Shown: positions 7,058 to 16,611, counted from the first letter of the stretch. The stretch is DNA of 34,360 nucleotides from Clostridia bacterium (GCA_045536355.1 JAZSNJ010000049.1:1-34360), one strand, 5' to 3'. A program made the numbers and translations. The notes: generated by a model from the sequence alone, not told the origin.

Positions 7058-8857
7058 TTGTCTAAAAAAAATAAACTTGGTTTTAAAAAGCTTCAGTGGA
7101 AATTAATATTAATATTTTTAATGCTCGTGCTTTCAGTTATGATAATTGCCGGAACCTTTTTGTTAAACGGTGTTTTATCATACTATCACACCCGTTTTAA
7201 AGATACTATGAATAAAGAATTCTCAGGAATTATCTTAAATAATCTGGAGATTGCTTTAGCAAGTGATGAGCCTGAAGAAAAGATTATAGAGGTTATGGAA
7301 GCCTTTTCAACCAGCCGTCTTGGTACCAATGAAAACAGAAGTTATTACATTCTAAGCGCCAATAACGGTGAATTTGTTCATAGTAGCTTGGGCGATAATG
7401 TATCACCAGATTTGACATCAAATATATTGACTGCTATGGAAGGTAATGTAGGTGATGAAGTATCTTTAAATAAAACATATATGGATTTTGCATATCCTGT
7501 AAAAGATGCAGATGAAGTTAAATACATAATTTATGTAAAAGACTTGAAGCAGGAGATCAAAGAAGTTAGTAGAAATCTCATAACCGTTATACTTCAGGCA
7601 ATTGTTTTTGCCTCCATAATGGCAATGATTTTAGGTGTATTTCTAAGTCGTTCTATAAGTGGACCTATAAGGAACTTAACAGAGTCTGCAAGTAAAATGG
7701 CAGATGGGGATTTCGGTGCGTCAATAGCACCTGAGGGGAATGACGAGATAGGTATTCTAACCAATACATTTAATACAATGGCATCTAAACTCAAAACCAC
7801 ACTTGATGAAATTTCGGGTGAAAAGGATAAGATTGAAGTTGTACTTAAAAATATGGCTGACGGAATTATTGCCTTTGATTATCTAGGGAATTCTGTTCAT
7901 ATTAATCCTGCAGCTGAAAAAATGTTTTCACTGCAAAAAGGAAAAACTTACAAGTTCTCAGAGTTTTTTGAAAAGCTTGGTATAGAAGTAAAGTTAGAAG
8001 AGGCACTTTTATATGACGATAAAACTGGAGTAAATAAAACCTTTACAATTGAAGATACAATAATAAATGCTCATTTTGCACCTTATAAAATTGAACAGGC
8101 AAGAACTGAAGGTATTATAGTAGCATTTCAGGACATTACAAAACAACAAAAGCTTGACAATTCCAGACGAGCCTTTGTGGCAGATGTATCACATGAACTA
8201 AGAACACCGATAACAAATATAAAAAGTTATTCTGAAACACTTTTAGATGCTCAGATTGACGATGAAGAGACAAAAAGAAGTTTCTTAAGTGTTATTAACA
8301 GCGAGGCCGACAGAATGACAAGGCTTGTAAAAGACCTTCTTGTTTTATCACAGCTTGACTATTCAAAAACACAGTTTAAGTTTGATGATGTTAATATAAG
8401 AAAACTTATCGAAGATGTTGTCAATGCTATGAAAATTGAAGCTAAAAACAGAAATCTTACTTTTGAATTTATAGCAAGAAACAATGTGCCAGAAACAGTA
8501 GAGCTTGACAGGGACAGAATTAATCAGGTAATAACAAATATTGTTTCAAATGCCTTTAAATTTACTAAAGACGGGGGAGCAGTAACAGTTATATTAAGTG
8601 CTGTTGAAGATAAAATTTTAATCAGCGTAATGGATACAGGTATTGGTATCCCACAAAAAGATTTGCCAATGATTTTTGAAAGATTTTACCGTGTAGACAA
8701 AGCACGCTCAAGAGAGCAGGGCGGAACAGGACTTGGTCTTGCAATTGCTAGAGAAATTGTTAAAGCTCATAACGGAAACATAACAATAGAAAGTGTCTAT
8801 AAAAAAGGTTCTACAGTTACAATAACGCTTCCGGTAAAGCAGTCTTTAGAAGAATAA
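7058..8857 (+). CDS. Two-component sensor histidine kinase (WalK/VicK/PhoR-like: 2 TM, extracytoplasmic loop, HAMP, PAS, HisKA, HATPase_c)
   Basis: TTG start after AAAAGGGGGAGGG. TM1 LILIFLMLVLSVMIIAGTFLL, TM2 ITVILQAIVFASIMAMILGVFL. HAMP region (PIRNLTESASKMADGDF...), H-box VADVSHELRTP, N-box SNAFKFT, G1 DTGIGI, F-box FERFYRVD, G2 GGTGLGLAIA. Confidence 0.92.
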   Translation: MSKKNKLGFKKLQWKLILIFLMLVLSVMIIAGTFLLNGVLSYYHTRFKDTMNKEFSGIILNNLEIALASDEPEEKIIEVMEAFSTSRLGTNENRSYYILSANNGEFVHSSLGDNVSPDLTSNILTAMEGNVGDEVSLNKTYMDFAYPVKDADEVKYIIYVKDLKQEIKEVSRNLITVILQAIVFASIMAMILGVFLSRSISGPIRNLTESASKMADGDFGASIAPEGNDEIGILTNTFNTMASKLKTTLDEISGEKDKIEVVLKNMADGIIAFDYLGNSVHINPAAEKMFSLQKGKTYKFSEFFEKLGIEVKLEEALLYDDKTGVNKTFTIEDTIINAHFAPYKIEQARTEGIIVAFQDITKQQKLDNSRRAFVADVSHELRTPITNIKSYSETLLDAQIDDEETKRSFLSVINSEADRMTRLVKDLLVLSQLDYSKTQFKFDDVNIRKLIEDVVNAMKIEAKNRNLTFEFIARNNVPETVELDRDRINQVITNIVSNAFKFTKDGGAVTVILSAVEDKILISVMDTGIGIPQKDLPMIFERFYRVDKARSREQGGTGLGLAIAREIVKAHNGNITIESVYKKGSTVTITLPVKQSLEE

Positions 8858-8888
8858 TTAGTTTTTATATAAAGGAAAGGGAAAAACT

Positions 8889-9332
8889 ATGAACGAGAAT
8901 TTGAAATTTAAAAAAGGACTTTTCGGATATACTAAAAAAAGTGTAAATATGTATCTTGAAGCAATGAATGAAAAGTATTTTAATTCATTGGAAGACAAAG
9001 ATGAAGTAATTGACGAATTAAAGAAGCAACTCGAAGAAATAAAAAAGAGTGTTAACGAATCTGATTTAAAACTTCAGGAAGCAACAGAAAAAAATGCTTT
9101 TGTTGGTGAAGCTATCTTAAGTGCAAAAGAAAAGGCAGATGAAATTATTACTGTTGCATTAAAAGAAGCTGAAATGAAAAAGAAAGAAGTGGAACTTGAA
9201 ATCAAAGAGGCTTCCATGGTACTTAAAAAAATGAACGAAGAAATAAGACAGATGAAAGAAAGCGTTAATCGTTCTGTTGAAAAATATCGTACAGAACTTG
9301 ACTCTATTATAAAGTTTACCGATAGAGACTAA
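8889..9332 (+). CDS. DivIVA-domain coiled-coil protein
   Basis: N-terminal FKKGLFGYTKKSVNMYLEAMNEKY matches the DivIVA N-terminal motif (F.K...GY....V..FL). The remainder is a K/E-rich coiled coil. Confidence 0.6.
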   Translation: MNENLKFKKGLFGYTKKSVNMYLEAMNEKYFNSLEDKDEVIDELKKQLEEIKKSVNESDLKLQEATEKNAFVGEAILSAKEKADEIITVALKEAEMKKKEVELEIKEASMVLKKMNEEIRQMKESVNRSVEKYRTELDSIIKFTDRD

Positions 9333-9343
9333 GGAGGATAAAA

Positions 9344-9826
9344 ATGATTAATAAAATAATTGAAATACTCGAAAAAGATTGCAAAAAAACCCCCGAAACA
9401 ATAGCAAACGAGTTAAATGTTGATGTAAAAACAGTAAAAGATACAATTAAAGATTTAGAAGACAAAGGAATTATTGCAGGCTATAAGGCTCTTATTAACT
9501 GGGATAAATTTGACAAGGATTTAGTGGTTGCACAAATAGAATTAAGAGTAACACCTCAGATTGGTAAAGGATTTGATAGAATTGCTGAAAAAATTTATCA
9601 GTTTAAGCAGGTTAAGAGTATGTACTTAATGTCAGGTGGTTATGATTTAAGCCTTACTATAGTTGGTAGAAATATGAAAGATGTTGCCTTGTTTGTCGCA
9701 GAAAAACTTGCACCGATGGAATGTGTTGAATCTACAACAACTCACTTTATACTTAAAAAGTATAAAGAAAACGGTGAAATTTTTGAGCAGGATGACACAG
9801 ACAACAGGCAGGTGATTTCTTTATGA
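9344..9826 (+). CDS. Lrp/AsnC-family transcriptional regulator (AlaR/YugG-like)
   Basis: 160 aa with an N-terminal HTH (ILEKDCKKTPETIANELNVDVKTVKDTIKDLEDKGII) and a C-terminal AsnC/RAM-like domain. Its stop overlaps the downstream aminotransferase start (ATGA), as in the B. subtilis yugG-yugH arrangement. Confidence 0.85.
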   Translation: MINKIIEILEKDCKKTPETIANELNVDVKTVKDTIKDLEDKGIIAGYKALINWDKFDKDLVVAQIELRVTPQIGKGFDRIAEKIYQFKQVKSMYLMSGGYDLSLTIVGRNMKDVALFVAEKLAPMECVESTTTHFILKKYKENGEIFEQDDTDNRQVISL

Positions 9827-10989
9827 TAAATATGGAAGAAATGATTTCTCCTGTCGTAAGAGGAATTAAACCTTCGGGCATAAGAAAGTTTTTCGATATT
9901 GTGGCAACTATGCCCGACGCTATCTCACTTGGTATTGGTGAGCCTGATTTTGTTACCCCATGGCATATAAGAGACGCAGGTATTTTATCACTCGAAAAAG
10001 GGCAGACCTATTATACTTCCAATTCAGGATTAATTGAACTTCGCAAAGAATTGTGTAACTACTTAGAAAGAAGATTTTCTCTTACTTATAACGAAAACAA
10101 CATTTTGGTTACAGTTGGCGGAAGTGAAGCAATTGACCTTGCATTTCGTGCTCTTATTAATCCGGGAGATGAGGTTATTATCCCCGAACCATCCTTTGTT
10201 TGCTATTCTCCTTGTACAGCACTTGCAGGTGGTGTACCTGTTCCTGTTGCTACAAGTGCAGAGAACAACTTTAAGCTTACCGCTAAAGCTTTAAAAGAAA
10301 AAATAACAGATAAAACCAAAATATTGGTTTTACCGTATCCAAACAATCCAACAGGTGCAATACTCGAAAAAGAGGAACTTGAAGAAATTGCAAAAGTTTT
10401 AGAAAATACAAATATTTTAGTTTTATCAGATGAAATTTATGCTGAACTTACTTACGGTAAAAAACATTTTTCAATAGCATCTATTCCATCAATGAAAGAA
10501 AGAACCATAATAGTCAGTGGATTTTCAAAATGCTATGCAATGACAGGTTGGCGTTTAGGATACTTAGCAGCAGACGAAACACTGGTAAGCGCTATGACTA
10601 AAATTCATCAGTTTGCCATTATGTCTGCACCAACAACAAGTCAGTATGCTGCAATTGAGGCACTTAAAAACGGTGATGATGACATTGTGCAAATGGCAAA
10701 CGAGTATAACCAAAGAAGAGTCCACATAATTGAAAGACTTAACAAAATGGGACTTGATACCTTTAATGCTCAGGGAGCATTTTATGTATTCCCATGTATT
10801 AAATCTTCTGGCCTTTCTTCGGAGGAATTTTGTAATAAACTTTTGCTTGATAAAAAAGTTGCTATAATTCCAGGCAATGCATTTGGTGATTCTGGCGAGG
10901 GATATGCAAGAATTTCTTACGCATATTCATTAAAACAGATTGATAAAGCTCTTGACCGTATAGAAGAATTTATGGGAGAGTTAAAATGA
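9823..10989 (+). CDS. PLP-dependent class I/II aminotransferase (AlaT/YugH- or AspC-like)
   Basis: PSGIRKFFD...ISLGIGEPDFVTP...VTVGGSEAIDL...SGFSKCYAMTGWRLGY (PLP-lysine SxSK motif). The start could instead be the in-frame ATG at 9832 or 9841. Confidence 0.9.
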   Translation: MINMEEMISPVVRGIKPSGIRKFFDIVATMPDAISLGIGEPDFVTPWHIRDAGILSLEKGQTYYTSNSGLIELRKELCNYLERRFSLTYNENNILVTVGGSEAIDLAFRALINPGDEVIIPEPSFVCYSPCTALAGGVPVPVATSAENNFKLTAKALKEKITDKTKILVLPYPNNPTGAILEKEELEEIAKVLENTNILVLSDEIYAELTYGKKHFSIASIPSMKERTIIVSGFSKCYAMTGWRLGYLAADETLVSAMTKIHQFAIMSAPTTSQYAAIEALKNGDDDIVQMANEYNQRRVHIIERLNKMGLDTFNAQGAFYVFPCIKSSGLSSEEFCNKLLLDKKVAIIPGNAFGDSGEGYARISYAYSLKQIDKALDRIEEFMGELK

Positions 10990-11879
10990 GACTTGCTGTT
11001 ATAGATTTAGGCTCAAATTCAACCAGAATAGGCGTTTATGAAAAGATTAACGATGTTGTTACAGAAATTCAAAAGAAACGACTAAATACTCGCTTAGCCG
11101 AAGGTCTTGAAAAAGATAATCTCCTGAAGGATGAACCGGTTAAAAGAACAGTTGAGGCTTTAAAGGATTTTAAAAACATTATAAGGAACAATCAGTGCGA
11201 CAAGGTTATTGCAGTTGCTACCGAAAGCTTAAGACGAGCAAAAAATGCCGACAGTTTTATAAAAACAGTAAAAACCGAAACAGGTATAAATGTAAATGTT
11301 ATTGATGGTAAAGAGGAAAGCTTTTACGGTGCAATGGCAGCCAAAAGCGTTACATTTTATAAAAGTTTTTACTCTTTAGATGTTGGTGGGGGAAGTTTTG
11401 AACTTTCTAAAGTTAAAGATGGTAAAGTTACTGACTTTGTTTGCTTGCCTTATGGTTGTGTTGTTCTCACAGAAGAGTTTACGCCGGACACTAATTCGCC
11501 TATACAACTGGAACTGTTTTTAAATAAGATTTTTAATGATATATCGTTTATAGATGAAAAACTTCCTTTAGTTTTGCTTGGGGGTTCTGCCAAAGAAATT
11601 GCAAAATATGTTTATAAAGATAGTAAACTTACTGACTTTGACGGAAAAACTGCTAAAACTATTGATGCGCTGGATTTATATAATCTTCTCAAAAAAACAC
11701 CTGTGAGTGAGAGAATAACTAAGTTTCAAATGGAAGAAAGAAGGGCTGATATTATTGTGGCAGGACTTGCTACTATAGTGGCTCTTATTAAAAAATCTTC
11801 TTCTAAAGATATGGTTTTTTGTATGAAAAGCATAAGAGACGGTATTGCATATAGCGAACTTTTAAAACAGGAATTTTAA
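10986..11879 (+). CDS. Ppx/GppA-family phosphatase (short, ASKHA-fold only)
   Basis: MRLAVIDLGSNSTRIGVYE phosphate-1 motif and SLDVGGGSFELS. 297 aa, so it lacks the C-terminal HD-like domain of long Ppx proteins. The start overlaps the aminotransferase stop (ATGA). Confidence 0.85.
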   Translation: MRLAVIDLGSNSTRIGVYEKINDVVTEIQKKRLNTRLAEGLEKDNLLKDEPVKRTVEALKDFKNIIRNNQCDKVIAVATESLRRAKNADSFIKTVKTETGINVNVIDGKEESFYGAMAAKSVTFYKSFYSLDVGGGSFELSKVKDGKVTDFVCLPYGCVVLTEEFTPDTNSPIQLELFLNKIFNDISFIDEKLPLVLLGGSAKEIAKYVYKDSKLTDFDGKTAKTIDALDLYNLLKKTPVSERITKFQMEERRADIIVAGLATIVALIKKSSSKDMVFCMKSIRDGIAYSELLKQEF

Positions 11880-11881
11880 AT

Positions 11882-12838
11882 ATGTTAACACAAAAACAAA
11901 CCAATCCATTTAAATATTCTGATGATAATAAAAGATATCATACTCTTTATTATCATAACAAACATACTTTTGGCAAAAGAATGATAAAGGCTGTAATAGA
12001 TGCAGGGTTTACCTGTCCTAATATAGATGGAACCAAAGGTTATGGAGGCTGCACATACTGCACAAGTGGTGCAGCTGAATTTGCTTTAAGCAGTAAAATT
12101 TCGGTTTCAGAGCAACTTTTTTCTGAAAAAGAAAGAATTAATGCTAAATATAAAAACGCAGGTATTATAGCTTATTTTCAGGCTCATACAAATACCTATG
12201 CTCCGCTTGAAGAAATTCAAAGAATATATTACGAGGCACTTAGTCATAGTTTTGTTTCAGGTATCAGCATAGCTACCAGGCCGGATTGCCTTGAAGATGA
12301 AAAAATTGATTATTTGGCTTCATTATCTGAAAAAACATATCTTACAGTAGAGTTAGGTCTTCAAACTGCAAATGATAATACAGGCGAGTTAATTAATCGT
12401 AGACACTCGTTTTCCGAGTTTTTAAGTGCTTATGAAAAACTTAAGCAAAACAACATAAGAGTATGTGTCCATATAATAAACGGACTGCCACTTGAGACTT
12501 GTGATATGATGATTGATACTGCAAAAACATTGGGGGCATTAAAGCCAGATGCAGTTAAAATTCACCTGCTTCACATTATGAAAAATACTGTGATGGAAAA
12601 GCAGTACTATAACGGTCTGATTAATGAAATGAGTTTTGATGATTATGTGAAAACTGTATGTAGTCAGCTATTGTATTTACCACCGGAAACTGTTGTTGAA
12701 AGGATAACGGGGGATGGGTCAAAACAAAATTTAATTGCACCTAAATGGAGCACTAATAAAATATCGGTTTTGGGAGCAATTGATAAATATCTTTTTGATA
12801 ACAACTTGTTTCAGGGATTGTGTTTTTACAAAATGTGA
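11882..12838 (+). CDS. TIGR01212-family radical SAM protein (YhcC-like)
   Basis: FTCPNIDGTKGYGGCTYC cluster motif characteristic of TIGR01212, with a downstream TIM-barrel-like radical SAM core. Begins 2 nt after the ppx stop. Confidence 0.85.
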   Translation: MLTQKQTNPFKYSDDNKRYHTLYYHNKHTFGKRMIKAVIDAGFTCPNIDGTKGYGGCTYCTSGAAEFALSSKISVSEQLFSEKERINAKYKNAGIIAYFQAHTNTYAPLEEIQRIYYEALSHSFVSGISIATRPDCLEDEKIDYLASLSEKTYLTVELGLQTANDNTGELINRRHSFSEFLSAYEKLKQNNIRVCVHIINGLPLETCDMMIDTAKTLGALKPDAVKIHLLHIMKNTVMEKQYYNGLINEMSFDDYVKTVCSQLLYLPPETVVERITGDGSKQNLIAPKWSTNKISVLGAIDKYLFDNNLFQGLCFYKM

Positions 12839-12865
12839 AATGTATGTGATATTTTTTAATATTAA

Positions 12866-12894
12866 TTGACATAAATTTAAAAGAAGAATATAAT
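12866..12894 (+). promoter_or_regulatory. Consensus sigma-A promoter of the ABC exporter pair
   Basis: TTGACA (12866-12871), 17-bp spacer, TATAAT (12889-12894). Confidence 0.6.
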
Positions 12895-12925
12895 TAAGTG
12901 GTTAAGATAACCACTTAATTTTTTA
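12892..12925 (+). terminator. Perfect 13-bp inverted repeat plus T-run: terminator of the upstream operon and/or operator overlapping the exporter promoter
   Basis: AATTAAGTGGTTA (12892-12904), AGA, TAACCACTTAATT (12908-12920), then TTTTT. The left arm overlaps the -10 hexamer. Confidence 0.45.
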
Positions 12926-12959
12926 TATTTAAAAGTGATAAATTGCGGGAGAATGATTT

Positions 12960-14684
12960 ATGGTTAAAACACTTGCAAAATACATAAGAGAATATAAAAA
13001 AAGCTCTGCAGTAACGCCGCTTTTTATGATGCTTGAGGTTTTAATGGAAATGATTATACCATTGTTTATGACAAAAGTTATTGATGAAGGCGTTGAAAAG
13101 GGAAATCTTAAAATTGTAATTACTTTGGGATTTTCAATGCTTGGTATTGCTCTTTTGTCTATGAGCTTTGGTGCCCTTTCAGGTTTCTTTGGAGCAAAGG
13201 CATCAACGGGATTTGCTAAAAATTTAAGACAAGGTATGTTTCATAACATTCAAAACTTTGCATTTTCTGAAATTGATAAGTATTCAACAGCAGGGCTTAT
13301 TACAAGACTTACAACAGATGTTCAGAATGTTCAACAGGCATATCAGATGCTTTTAAGAATGTGTATAAGAGCTCCTTTTACTTTTGCATGTGCAATGTTT
13401 ATGGTTCTTAACATTAATTTAAGGTTAGGTCTTATTTTTGTTGCAGGGGCTTTGTTCTTAGGAATATTTTTGTTTGTTATAATTAAAAAAGCAAATCCTA
13501 TTTTTAATACTGTGTTTAAACAGTACGACGAAGTAAATGCATCTGTTCAGGAAAACATTACAGGCATAAGGGTAGTTAAATCATTTGTTACAGAAAAATA
13601 TGAAACAGAAAAATTTACCAAAGCAAGTAAAGGATTAAAGGATATGTTTGTTAAAGCTGAAAGACTTATTATAATGAACAATCCTGTTATGCAGATGGTG
13701 TGTTATACATGCATATTGCTTTTGTCATGGCTTGGAGCAAAAATGATTGTTGCAGGTAATTTAACTACGGGAGAACTTACTGCAATGTTTACCTACACAA
13801 TGAATATATTGACAAGTCTTATGATGATTTCCATGATTTTTGTAATGCTTACTATGTCTTTAGCATCAGGTGAAAGAATTGCTGAAGTTTTAACTCAGAA
13901 CAGCAGTCTTAAAAATAAAGAAAATCCTGAGTTTGAGATTCAAGACGGAAGTGTTGAATTTGAAGATGTGTCATTTAGCTATTTAAACAATCCTGACAAA
14001 ATCAATCTTAAAAATGTTAACATTAAGGTAAATGCAGGGGAAACTATTGGCATAATTGGGGGAACAGGTTCAGCTAAATCAGCTTTTGTTCAGCTTATTC
14101 CAAGACTTTATGATACATTTGAAGGAACCGTGAAAGTTGGCGGGATTGATGTTAAAGATTATGATATTAAAACTTTAAGAGATAGTGTTGCTATGGTACT
14201 TCAAAAAAACATTTTGTTTTCAGGCACTATAAAGGATAACTTAAGATGGGGGAAAGCTGACGCAACTGATGAAGAAATCATTGAGGCGTGTAAACTTGCC
14301 TGTGCAGATGAATTTATCGAACAAATGCCTGATGGATATGACACATATATAGAACAAGGCGGAACAAATGTTTCGGGCGGTCAAAAGCAAAGACTGTGTA
14401 TAGCAAGAGCGTTAATCAAAAAACCAAAAATACTTATTTTAGATGATTCTACGAGCGCAGTTGATACAGCTACCGATAAGAAAATAAGAAAAGCGTTTAA
14501 AGAATATATTCCTGAAACCACAAAGTTTATTATTGCTCAGAGAATTTCATCTGTTGAAGACGCGGACAGAATTATAGTTCTTGAGGCAGGAAGAATTAAC
14601 GGAGTAGGAACTCACGAAGAACTTTTAAAAACTAATCAGATTTATCAGGAAGTTTATACAACTCAGTTGAAAGGAAGTGAGTGA
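12960..14684 (+). CDS. ABC exporter half-transporter (TMD-NBD), degenerate-site subunit of a heterodimeric multidrug-type exporter (LmrC/BmrC/TM287-like)
   Basis: Six-helix TMD, then Walker A GGTGSAKS, signature VSGGQKQRL and Walker B ILILDDSTSAVD. Asp replaces the catalytic Glu. Confidence 0.9.
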   Translation: MVKTLAKYIREYKKSSAVTPLFMMLEVLMEMIIPLFMTKVIDEGVEKGNLKIVITLGFSMLGIALLSMSFGALSGFFGAKASTGFAKNLRQGMFHNIQNFAFSEIDKYSTAGLITRLTTDVQNVQQAYQMLLRMCIRAPFTFACAMFMVLNINLRLGLIFVAGALFLGIFLFVIIKKANPIFNTVFKQYDEVNASVQENITGIRVVKSFVTEKYETEKFTKASKGLKDMFVKAERLIIMNNPVMQMVCYTCILLLSWLGAKMIVAGNLTTGELTAMFTYTMNILTSLMMISMIFVMLTMSLASGERIAEVLTQNSSLKNKENPEFEIQDGSVEFEDVSFSYLNNPDKINLKNVNIKVNAGETIGIIGGTGSAKSAFVQLIPRLYDTFEGTVKVGGIDVKDYDIKTLRDSVAMVLQKNILFSGTIKDNLRWGKADATDEEIIEACKLACADEFIEQMPDGYDTYIEQGGTNVSGGQKQRLCIARALIKKPKILILDDSTSAVDTATDKKIRKAFKEYIPETTKFIIAQRISSVEDADRIIVLEAGRINGVGTHEELLKTNQIYQEVYTTQLKGSE

Positions 14685-16611
14685 TGTGGCACAATCTCCA
14701 ATGAAAGGTCCTGGCAGAGGGCCAAGACATATGGGTAAGGTGAAGATAACAAAAGGCGATATAAAAATCTTAAAAAAGCTTCTCGGATATATTTTCCGAG
14801 ATTACAAATATCATTGTATTTTTGTTGCAATTTTTATATTTATAGCATCTATTGCAAATGTAAGGGGAACGGTATTTTTAAAAACACTTATTGATGATTA
14901 TATTAAACCTTGCTTGGGAAACGCAAATCCCAATTTTACACCTCTTTTAATTGCAATATTAAAAATGGCTGGCATTTACCTTTTGGGGGCCTTAAGTAAT
15001 TTTCTTTATAACAGAATAATGGTTGATGTAACTCAGGGCACTTTAAAAAATGTTCGTGACGATATATTTACTCATATGGAAACTCTTCCACTAAAATATT
15101 TTGATACACACCCTCACGGGGACATAATGAGTATATATACCAATGATACAGATACATTAAGACAGTTAATTTCACAAAGCATACCACAGCTGATATCCTC
15201 CGTGGTAACATTAATAAGCGTATTTGTGTCTATGATAATCATAAGCATTCCTGTAACTCTGTTTGTTTTAATTACAGTTGTGATAATGATGATTGCAACA
15301 AAAGTAATAGGCGGAAAGAGTGGCGCAAACTTTATTGCACAGCAAAAAAAGCTTGGAGAGTTAAACGGTTACATTGAAGAAATGATTGAAGGACAAAAAG
15401 TAGTAAAAGCTTTTTGCCATGAAGAGCAAACCAAGAATAATTTCGATAAATTAAATGTAAAGCTTTTCGAAAGTGCTGACAGGGCAAACAGATATGCAAA
15501 TATATTAATGCCTATTATGGGTAATTTAGGACACTTCAATTATGTTATAACTTTGATTGTGGGCTCACTGATTGCAATTTTATCTAATGAAACAATGTTA
15601 ACACTTGGTGGACTTGTAGCCTTTTTGCAATTAAACAGAAGTTTTACTATGCCTCTTAATCAGCTTTCCATGCAGTTTAATTCAATAGTAATGGCTTTAG
15701 CTGGTGCAAACCGCATATTTGAACTTTTAGAGCAAGAACCCGAGCAGGATAACGGTTATGTAACATTGGTAAATGCCAATATAGATGAAAATGGAAACAT
15801 TACCGAATCAGAAAAAAGAACAGGGCACTGGGCGTGGAAACACCCTCACGGTGATGGCACGGTTACCTATACTAAACTTAAAGGCGATGTGGTTATAGAG
15901 GATGTTGTCTTCGGATATAATGAGAAAAAGACAGTTCTTAAAAACATAAATATATATGCAAAACCGGGACAAAAGGTGGCGTTTGTTGGCTCAACGGGAG
16001 CGGGTAAAACTACAATAACAAATTTAATTAACAGATTTTACGATGTTAATGAAGGTAAAATAAGGTATGACGGTATTAATATCACTAAAATCAAAAAAGA
16101 CGATTTGAGAAGGTCTTTGGGAATAGTATTGCAAGACACCAATTTGTTTACAGGCACTGTATATGACAACTTAAGATATGGACGGTTAGACGCGACCAAT
16201 GAAGAAATCATAGAAGCTGCAAAACTTGCAAACGCACACGGGTTTATTGAACTTCTACCAGACGGATACAATACAGTCCTCAAAGGGAACGGTGCAAATC
16301 TTTCTCAAGGTCAAAGACAGCTTTTGTCGATAGCAAGAGCAGCAGTTGCAGACCCTCCTGTTTTAATTTTGGACGAAGCAACTTCATCTATTGATACAAG
16401 AACCGAAGTTATAGTCCAAAAGGGAATGGATGGACTTATGAAAGGAAGAACCGTATTTGTAATTGCACACCGTCTTTCAACTGTAAGAAATTCTGATGTT
16501 ATAATGGTTTTGGAAAACGGAGAAATTATAGAAAGAGGAAACCACGAAGACCTTATAGAAAAGAAAGGGAAATACTATCAGCTCTACACAGGGGCCTTTG
16601 AGCTTTCATAA
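14677..16611 (+). CDS. ABC exporter half-transporter (TMD-NBD), consensus-site subunit (LmrD/BmrD/TM288-like)
   Basis: Walker A GSTGAGKTT, Walker B LILDEATSSID (canonical Glu), but a non-canonical signature LSQGQRQLL. The start is uncertain: GTG 14677, in-frame GTG 14686, or ATG 14701. Overlaps the stop of the partner gene. Confidence 0.9.
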   Translation: MSDVAQSPMKGPGRGPRHMGKVKITKGDIKILKKLLGYIFRDYKYHCIFVAIFIFIASIANVRGTVFLKTLIDDYIKPCLGNANPNFTPLLIAILKMAGIYLLGALSNFLYNRIMVDVTQGTLKNVRDDIFTHMETLPLKYFDTHPHGDIMSIYTNDTDTLRQLISQSIPQLISSVVTLISVFVSMIIISIPVTLFVLITVVIMMIATKVIGGKSGANFIAQQKKLGELNGYIEEMIEGQKVVKAFCHEEQTKNNFDKLNVKLFESADRANRYANILMPIMGNLGHFNYVITLIVGSLIAILSNETMLTLGGLVAFLQLNRSFTMPLNQLSMQFNSIVMALAGANRIFELLEQEPEQDNGYVTLVNANIDENGNITESEKRTGHWAWKHPHGDGTVTYTKLKGDVVIEDVVFGYNEKKTVLKNINIYAKPGQKVAFVGSTGAGKTTITNLINRFYDVNEGKIRYDGINITKIKKDDLRRSLGIVLQDTNLFTGTVYDNLRYGRLDATNEEIIEAAKLANAHGFIELLPDGYNTVLKGNGANLSQGQRQLLSIARAAVADPPVLILDEATSSIDTRTEVIVQKGMDGLMKGRTVFVIAHRLSTVRNSDVIMVLENGEIIERGNHEDLIEKKGKYYQLYTGAFELS

